Positions 57,544 through 64,000 of a stretch of DNA of 64,000 bases are shown piece by piece (position 1 is the stretch's first letter; each line of letters opens with the position of its first letter). The DNA comes from a virus. Lineage: Duplodnaviria; Caudoviricetes. Position numbers and translations under genes: made by a program. The notes under the pieces are model-generated. The model was not told the origin of the DNA, did no database searches, and worked only from the letters and a program-made list of their open reading frames with translations. Location of the stretch: the IMG/VR virus record IMGVR_UViG_3300025000_000055. The stretch is one strand, 5' to 3'.

Positions 57544-57715
57544 ATCTAACGTTTTTAAAAAATCTTATTGTATTATAATATGTTCTTTCCATGTATCCAA
57601 CATCAATAAATGAGATGTTGGATACATGGAAAGAACTATAACGCTTGCAAGGGTGAAAATACTTGCACCGTCATTGTAATTAAAAAATATTACTTTGACG
57701 TAAAAAGGAGGAAAT

Positions 57716-58252
57716 ATGAATAATAATAGTTTTAAATATTTAACTGAGCAAGAAAAAAAAGCAATACTTCTTGGAGTTATTGCTAAAAGAACTAATGGTA
57801 AGTTAAACAATGAACAATTGAAACATATTGTTCGAGATATTCCAATAGATGTACAGTATTCCATTAAAGTGTTTAGTGATGCTAAAGAATTTGGTAAAGT
57901 GATAACTTTACCTGATTATGAAATGAAACATTCATGGGCAGGGGGAACGAAATGTACTGCTGAAACTAATATTTTATTAGTGTCTGGTATAAAATTTGGT
58001 AGAAATAAACATTATAAATATCTCGATAATGGAACTTTAACTAGTGAAGATAAATGGAACTCTTTACCAGATTTCAATGTAAAAGAAATTCATGCTGTTA
58101 GTGTCAGTATTCATTCTTTTAGTGATTATAATAATGAATACTATGACAATACTGATAATTTTATATATATTTATATACCTTCTGACAAACCTTTTGTTGT
58201 GTCAGAAGAAATACAGTATATTTTTGATAATTTCAATATTTGTTTCAGTTGA
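57716..58252 (+). CDS. hypothetical protein
   Basis: AGGAGG RBS; 178 aa. Confidence 0.7.
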   Translation: MNNNSFKYLTEQEKKAILLGVIAKRTNGKLNNEQLKHIVRDIPIDVQYSIKVFSDAKEFGKVITLPDYEMKHSWAGGTKCTAETNILLVSGIKFGRNKHYKYLDNGTLTSEDKWNSLPDFNVKEIHAVSVSIHSFSDYNNEYYDNTDNFIYIYIPSDKPFVVSEEIQYIFDNFNICFS

Positions 58253-58360
58253 TTGTATGGAGATGTCTATTTCTAAATTAAAATAATAAATTAGATTTAT
58301 ACTAATAAAAGAACTTTTAAATAAAGTTCTTTTATTTTTTTATATTAGGAGGTTTATTTT

Positions 58361-59800
58361 ATGAATGTTATTAAAGCTAAACATACTTCAATTATTATAC
58401 CTAATTATAATTTAGGTGATAATATACAATTGGAACATTCACTATCAGTTTGGAATGATAGTTATTATAGATATGATAATAAAGGTTTTTTTTATAATAA
58501 AGAAACTAAAGAATTATTATTACCAAGAGGTTTGGATTTAAGTTATTTAGAAAAAACTTTTAATTTAAATATAGATATTGATTTTAAACCTGATCCATAT
58601 GAATTAGTTTCGTATAGATTAAAAGTAGAACCTAGAAATGATATCCAGAGAAAATCTATTTGTTATTTAATCGGAGAAGATGATTTTTCATATACTAAAA
58701 AATATTCTCAGTTAGCTTTAAATTTACAGACAGGTGAAGGTAAGAGTTTTTGTATTATAGCATCACTTTCATTTATGAGAACTAAAGCCATTATATTTAC
58801 ACATGTTAACGCATTAAAAAAACAATGGATAAAAGAAATTAAAAAGTTTACTGATGTAACAGATTCGTTTATATGTAATATAATTAGCGGTAATGTTATA
58901 AAAAATATATTAAAAACTGATAAATTACCTTATAAGATTTATCTTGTTAATCATAGAACTATTAATAATTTTGGTGAGAAACATGGTTGGGAGAAAATAA
59001 CTGAATTATTTCAAAAGATTAAAGTTGGTGTTAAGGTTTATGATGAAGCACATTTTGAATTTGATAATATAATAAAAACTGATTTACACACTAACACTAA
59101 AAAGACTATTTATTTAACAGCTAATTTTGAAAGATCAAATTTTAAAGAAAATAAATTATTCAATTTATGTTTTAAAAATATTGCTAAATATGGAACTGAA
59201 ACAAGACATGAAAGAAGAAAACATATTGTATATTTAGGTTTATTATTCAATAGTAAACCCGATATAGTTAATCAAGCATCTATAAAAAAACGACATGGAT
59301 TTGATAAAAATACTTATATTGATTATCAAATAAAAAAGGGAAAGATATTTGATGTATTAACATATATAATAAATTATTTTCATGATAAAGAAGGTAAGAT
59401 GATAATATTGTCTTCTAAAATAGAATCTACTGAAATAATATCAGATTATTTAAAAAAAGAGTTTCCTGAAAAAACTATAGGTGTTTTTAATTCCACTATA
59501 AGTGAAATTGATAAAGTTAAAGCATTAGAATGTGATATAATAAGTTCAACTCCTAAGAGTTTAGGAACTGGTTTAGATATACCTAATTTAAGATTTATTA
59601 TTATGACAGAACCATATAGTTCATCCATAACAGCTAATCAAACATCTGGAAGATTAAGAGAATTATCTTCAGATTTATATTGTTTTTATATTGAGTTAAT
59701 TGATACTGGTTTTAATAAAGTTTATAACATGTATAAATCTAGAATGAAAATATTTAAACAAAAGTGTGTTAAATTGGTTCAATTAAAATACACTGAATAA
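58361..59800 (+). CDS. SF2 DNA helicase (UvsW-like)
   Basis: QTGEGKS, YDEAH, LTAN, SLGTGLDIP, QTSGRLR. Confidence 0.85.
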   Translation: MNVIKAKHTSIIIPNYNLGDNIQLEHSLSVWNDSYYRYDNKGFFYNKETKELLLPRGLDLSYLEKTFNLNIDIDFKPDPYELVSYRLKVEPRNDIQRKSICYLIGEDDFSYTKKYSQLALNLQTGEGKSFCIIASLSFMRTKAIIFTHVNALKKQWIKEIKKFTDVTDSFICNIISGNVIKNILKTDKLPYKIYLVNHRTINNFGEKHGWEKITELFQKIKVGVKVYDEAHFEFDNIIKTDLHTNTKKTIYLTANFERSNFKENKLFNLCFKNIAKYGTETRHERRKHIVYLGLLFNSKPDIVNQASIKKRHGFDKNTYIDYQIKKGKIFDVLTYIINYFHDKEGKMIILSSKIESTEIISDYLKKEFPEKTIGVFNSTISEIDKVKALECDIISSTPKSLGTGLDIPNLRFIIMTEPYSSSITANQTSGRLRELSSDLYCFYIELIDTGFNKVYNMYKSRMKIFKQKCVKLVQLKYTE

Positions 59801-59859
59801 AATTAATAATAGATATATATTATTTATTAGAAATAAAAAATAATAAGGGGGTTTTATTT

Positions 59860-60435
59860 ATGAAACAATTTATTGTAACTTGCGGAATAATACCACAAAC
59901 AGGTGAATGTAAATTTGGAGAAAAATGTTCACCTAAAATGTGTCCTGCATTTGTACACAATTTATCAGATAAACAAAAAATTGTTGAGATTATTAAACAT
60001 CATGTTAGTCATATTACTTATAATGACGATGAATATAATATTGAACATCGTTTTGTTGGTAAAGCTGAAAATGGTAAATATTTTTACTTATGGGGAAAAA
60101 AATATATTGATAAAGGTTTAATACCTATTATAAATATTGAAAATGAAGATAGTGGTATTATGTATTTTAATAATATTGAAAATGCTATTGAAGTATTTAA
60201 TATTATTGAATTTTCAGAAAAAGGTCTTTTAGATAAAATAAAATTATCTTCCGGTATATATAAGTCTGTAGTAATAAACCAGGATTTATATTACTTAAAT
60301 ACAGAAGATGATGAAATAAGGGTATTAAGAAATAAAAATATGCACTCTTTACTTTGTTATAATATTAAAAAATTATATTATGAAAGTTATTTAATTTTAT
60401 TTATAAAACTTAAATATAATGGTATATTAGTATAA
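59860..60435 (+). CDS. hypothetical early protein with N-terminal Cys cluster
   Basis: C..C....C....CP; early promoter at 59811. Confidence 0.65.
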   Translation: MKQFIVTCGIIPQTGECKFGEKCSPKMCPAFVHNLSDKQKIVEIIKHHVSHITYNDDEYNIEHRFVGKAENGKYFYLWGKKYIDKGLIPIINIENEDSGIMYFNNIENAIEVFNIIEFSEKGLLDKIKLSSGIYKSVVINQDLYYLNTEDDEIRVLRNKNMHSLLCYNIKKLYYESYLILFIKLKYNGILV

Positions 60436-60567
60436 CTTTATTTTTAATAATAAATGTAGATAGTTTTATCTCTACATTTATTATTATTTTTTTAGTATTC
60501 TTAACATATTATTTTATATATTATAATTACATATATAGAAAAAATTTAATAATAGTGGGGTGGAATA

Positions 60568-60834
60568 ATGAGAGCAATAATAGAAACAAAGAAAGACTTA
60601 AATGAAAATGAATATATCCATTTTTCATCATTAACTAAAAATAATTCAGAAGATTGGTCAGCTCTAACTAATAGTAATAGATTACTTACTATTACAGTAA
60701 TTGAGGGGAAAGAAATGATGGTTACTGTAAAGGAACCAAAAGAAGTACTATTTAAAATAATATTCAGAGGATGTGTAAATAGGATAAATCTTGTTAGAAA
60801 TTTATTACAACTCCATGGATATAAGTTTGTTTGA
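60568..60834 (+). CDS. hypothetical protein
   Basis: GGGGTGG RBS; terminator at 60839. Confidence 0.6.
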   Translation: MRAIIETKKDLNENEYIHFSSLTKNNSEDWSALTNSNRLLTITVIEGKEMMVTVKEPKEVLFKIIFRGCVNRINLVRNLLQLHGYKFV

Positions 60835-60838
60835 TAAT

Positions 60839-60875
60839 AAAATAAGTACAGTGAAAAAATCACTGTACTTATTTT
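60839..60875. terminator. bidirectional terminator
   Basis: AAAATAAGTACAGTGA / TCACTGTACTTATTTT between convergent genes. Confidence 0.75.
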
Positions 60876-60880
60876 TTTTG

Positions 60881-61606
60881 TTAAATAATAAATATTGGAC
60901 TCTGTTCTAAATGACTTACATCCCTATATTTCTCAATCATTTCTTTTCTATCAGATTCACTGTTAGACCAATCATCTATTTTTAGTTGAATTGTTCCATA
61001 AGCTGTTTGAATTTCATTATAATGCTTTAATGTATTATATAAAAATCTTTTAACATCAATTAATGCTAATTCATAAAAACTTTCCCATTGTGTTGATGGT
61101 ATTGTGGCTAAATTTGGTGCATGAGCTAATCCAACCTCAACATCAATTTCTCCATACATTGTTGCATAATTATATAATACTAATATATTAGGTTCTTGAA
61201 ATTTAAATGTCATAGGTGGAGCTGCAAGTGACATCAAATCAGCACTAGCTTGACCCATCATCAGTGATTCATATGTTGATATTTCACCATCAAATATTGG
61301 AGATGTGTATCCATTAGAAAAAGATTTATTTTTAGGATTAACATTTTTTATCATTATAATTTTCTTATCACCAAATAAATCTGGTATTACATATGACGAT
61401 TCACTATAGTTTGAATTTAAACATGTTAAAGTTCGTATATCTAAATTCATTTTTAATGTATAAGGAAAGAACACACTATATGTTGTTAAAGTCTTTAATT
61501 TAATAACATTAAATAAAGTGTCATCAGGTTTTTCAAATGGAAGTGATAATCCATATATACCTAAATCCATTTTAATAGAAGTTAATAAATCACTAACATT
61601 CATCAT
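60881..61606 (-). CDS. putative neck protein (T4 gp13-like)
   Basis: Downstream of the protease; ALIDVKRFLY and GTIQLKIDDW resemble neck proteins. Confidence 0.5.
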   Translation of the reverse strand: MMNVSDLLTSIKMDLGIYGLSLPFEKPDDTLFNVIKLKTLTTYSVFFPYTLKMNLDIRTLTCLNSNYSESSYVIPDLFGDKKIIMIKNVNPKNKSFSNGYTSPIFDGEISTYESLMMGQASADLMSLAAPPMTFKFQEPNILVLYNYATMYGEIDVEVGLAHAPNLATIPSTQWESFYELALIDVKRFLYNTLKHYNEIQTAYGTIQLKIDDWSNSESDRKEMIEKYRDVSHLEQSPIFII

Positions 61607-61634
61607 TTTTTATCACCACTTATTTTTTTATTTT

Positions 61635-62465
61635 TTATATCCTTGACATATAATGGGTAATATCTCTTTTTATTTTATCCTCAATTCTAACAATAAAAGT
61701 TGAACCATTTTCTTTTAAAATAGCATTTTTAAAATCAGATGTAACTTCCATACTTTCAGTTACAATTTCATAGATATTAGAAACTAATTTAATATTCTTC
61801 GATTCAGTTTTAATAAAATCAGCAATTTGAGATTCTTGAACTACTGTTAATACATTTTCTTGAAGACTGTTTCCACTAAGTTCAATATTTCTATTAATCT
61901 TTTTAATTGGTATGGAATCATCCCTATATGCTTTATCATGACTGGGTAAAATAACCCAATCATATGTAACAACATGCCCTCTACTATTGATTAAACCACC
62001 GGTAGCAGTTTTAACAACTTTAGCTAATGCTCTTAAACTAAAAGCAGGTTCCATTCCTTGTAATATAGATTTAGTCATATCTTTACCAAAATGATCATTA
62101 TCTAATGTTTGAATAGTCCCTCTTAATAAATTACCAGTTAAATTATATGTTAATATTTTATGGGATATTAATTTAGGATCAATGACTAATATACGTTTAG
62201 GATCATCTGATGTTGGATGTCCAGCTTCTCCACACCAAGAATTTTTTAATCTTAATTCATTTATATGAGGTGCACCTAATGATTCCATCATTGGTTTATC
62301 AATATATGTTCTACCATTTCTATTTCTTATATTAAATTCTTGTAATATTGTATCAAATTGTAAATAAAATAAATTATCTCTATTAATTCTTTGAATATTA
62401 GTTGGCTTACTTGGGTCCGAAACACACTCTCTTATGAGATAAGCAACAACTTCTTGTTTTTGCAT
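61635..62465 (-). CDS. prohead protease (T4 gp21/phiKZ gp175-like)
   Basis: NRNGRTY, GEAGHP (His), AFSLRA (Ser), VTYDWVILPS; late promoter at 62504. Confidence 0.85.
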   Translation of the reverse strand: MQKQEVVAYLIRECVSDPSKPTNIQRINRDNLFYLQFDTILQEFNIRNRNGRTYIDKPMMESLGAPHINELRLKNSWCGEAGHPTSDDPKRILVIDPKLISHKILTYNLTGNLLRGTIQTLDNDHFGKDMTKSILQGMEPAFSLRALAKVVKTATGGLINSRGHVVTYDWVILPSHDKAYRDDSIPIKKINRNIELSGNSLQENVLTVVQESQIADFIKTESKNIKLVSNIYEIVTESMEVTSDFKNAILKENGSTFIVRIEDKIKRDITHYMSRI

Positions 62466-62610
62466 TTTTTATATCAACTCCTTCTAATTTTTATAAGTAT
62501 TTTTAAATTATTGTTTTGGTTGTTCAGATAATTCTTACAAATAAAGTCTTTATTTGTAACACAAACAAATAGTTAAATGAAAATTGTAAATTTTAAGAGG
62601 GGTGAAGCTC

Positions 62611-64000
62611 ATGAATATAAACATAAATAGAGTTTTATCTAATGTGAAAGTTAATGTTATTAAAAAAGAATTTGATTATTTAAAAGAAAATTACTCGACT
62701 ATTAATTCTATTAATTACTTACAATTTGTACGTTCCCAACCAATTGATATTATATTTGAAAATTCTCAATATGTATTTTCAGAATTAAGAGAAGGATATA
62801 AATTATATAATAGAATTTTAAAATCTTTTGATTTATCATTAGAGCAATTACAAGTTCAACAAAATAAATTAAAAGAATATATTAGTAGGTGTAAAAATAA
62901 TGAATATGATAATAAAAGTCATATTTACTTATTGAATGAATGTGTGAAATTTATAGAATCAGAAATTAAATATAAAAATAGTTTTAAGTATTTAAAAGAA
63001 TCAATGATTTATGATATTCATTTTAATTATCTTCAACCAGTATTAGAAGATAATATTAGTAATATTATGGATGAAATTATATTAAATATAAATCACAATC
63101 CTACTCTTATAAATGAATATCAGGTACTTATTCATCATATAGAAAAAGAATCCGTTTTAGTAATTGGAAAAAATTTTCCTTTAATTTTAGCTAAAAATAC
63201 TGCTCTTATTCTAGCTATGGGTGGAATTATAGCAGGAACACTTCTTATCTTAGTTTTATCAGTACCCCTATTATTAGTGAATTCAATTATAGAAAAAAAA
63301 ATAGATAACACATTTATTGAATCATATAAATATTGTATACGAAAAGAAATATCAAGATTAAAAATAGTTAAAGAAGAAGATGAAAATAGAAAAAAAACTA
63401 TTGATAAGTATATTGAACAATTAGAATTAGCATATAATAAATTAGATGAATCTAAAGATAACAATACAGCCGTTAAAGAAAATTCAATAACAACTATAAC
63501 TGAGGATGAAAATGATTTAACGACAACTATATTAACTCAATTTATCAACACTTTAATATTTGATGAAGAAGAAGATAATGAAACTGAAGATATGCAATTC
63601 ACATTAGAAAATTTTAATATATTAATTAGAAATATAAGAAAATTACAAAATATAAAAGAAATGAATTGTTTACAAGAAGGCACTATAGATAATGTTGGCA
63701 GAAAAGTTGTTCATGCTGTACGATCTACTGCTAATAATATAGGTTCAGGTAGTTCCAGTATTAAAAAATCTGTTAATCATGTTGTAGATGCTTTTAATGA
63801 TACTATTGATAAGTATAAAAAGATGGAAGTAAATGAAAGACGTAATAGAATTATTGAAGGTGGTTCTTCATTTACTTTAATGAAAATAATTAAATATGGT
63901 ATTGCTGTAGGTTTAGTTTGGGCGGTTTCACCTGCTTTGGCTGCTATAGGTTTATTAACATCAGTTGCTCTTAATGTTCATGCTGATATTAAAGAAAGAA
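62611..64000 (+). CDS. 3'-partial large virion protein with TM helices (missing from the ORF track)
   Basis: ATG 62611 after GAGGGGTG; frame open to the window end; two hydrophobic hairpins; LKES and LQEG sites; late promoter at 62564. Confidence 0.75.
   Translation, partial: MNININRVLSNVKVNVIKKEFDYLKENYSTINSINYLQFVRSQPIDIIFENSQYVFSELREGYKLYNRILKSFDLSLEQLQVQQNKLKEYISRCKNNEYDNKSHIYLLNECVKFIESEIKYKNSFKYLKESMIYDIHFNYLQPVLEDNISNIMDEIILNINHNPTLINEYQVLIHHIEKESVLVIGKNFPLILAKNTALILAMGGIIAGTLLILVLSVPLLLVNSIIEKKIDNTFIESYKYCIRKEISRLKIVKEEDENRKKTIDKYIEQLELAYNKLDESKDNNTAVKENSITTITEDENDLTTTILTQFINTLIFDEEEDNETEDMQFTLENFNILIRNIRKLQNIKEMNCLQEGTIDNVGRKVVHAVRSTANNIGSGSSSIKKSVNHVVDAFNDTIDKYKKMEVNERRNRIIEGGSSFTLMKIIKYGIAVGLVWAVSPALAAIGLLTSVALNVHADIKER

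Noticed and set aside
1649-63464. Many short opposite-strand or nested ORFs in the track (e.g. 1649-1942, 2768-3025, 6012-6308, 12407-12709, 39954-40412, 43021-43539, 45567-45926, 63135-63464)
   Set aside because: They shadow longer genes with clear motifs, lack an RBS, and have antisense-type composition
1-64000. Stop-codon reassignment (genetic code 15 or 4)
   Set aside because: Genes are long and intact under code 11, and TAG and TGA end real genes (e.g. 25460, 49713, 58252)
1-64000. Phage nucleus genes (chimallin, PhuZ tubulin), reverse transcriptase/DGR, inteins
   Set aside because: No GGGTGSG tubulin motif, YxDD RT motif or intein C-terminal HN signature recognised in this window; absence elsewhere cannot be judged

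Overview
This AT-rich, densely coding window comes from a jumbo myophage of the AR9/PBS1-like (phiKZ-related) type, probably infecting a Clostridia/Bacillota host. It encodes both halves of a split multisubunit RNA polymerase beta-prime subunit, interrupted by five group I introns. I reconstructed all five splice junctions by hand: each has a U.G P1 pair and a terminal G, and the reading frame is restored. Four introns carry homing endonucleases (3 HNH, 1 GIY-YIG). The window also encodes a probable sigma-like subunit, a GroEL-like chaperonin, a family B polymerase core, a primase, two SF2 helicases, a prohead protease, baseplate/neck proteins and a paralogous family of inner-head proteins. 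Two promoter classes recur and sort by gene function: AxATATATTAT before early genes and AACA-N6-TA before late/virion genes. The most unusual item is a late-expressed 1075-aa polyprotein (nuclease, GNAT, DUF5661, unknown domain, SET, permuted NlpC/P60, transglutaminase-like) whose domains are separated by prohead-protease-type (I/L/V)xE sites. Other leads: two candidate -1 frameshifts, a Tad1-like anti-defence fusion, an HU-like protein, a candidate rod-shaped ncRNA, and a possibly uracil-containing genome. Domain calls come from motif recognition by eye, not from database searches.
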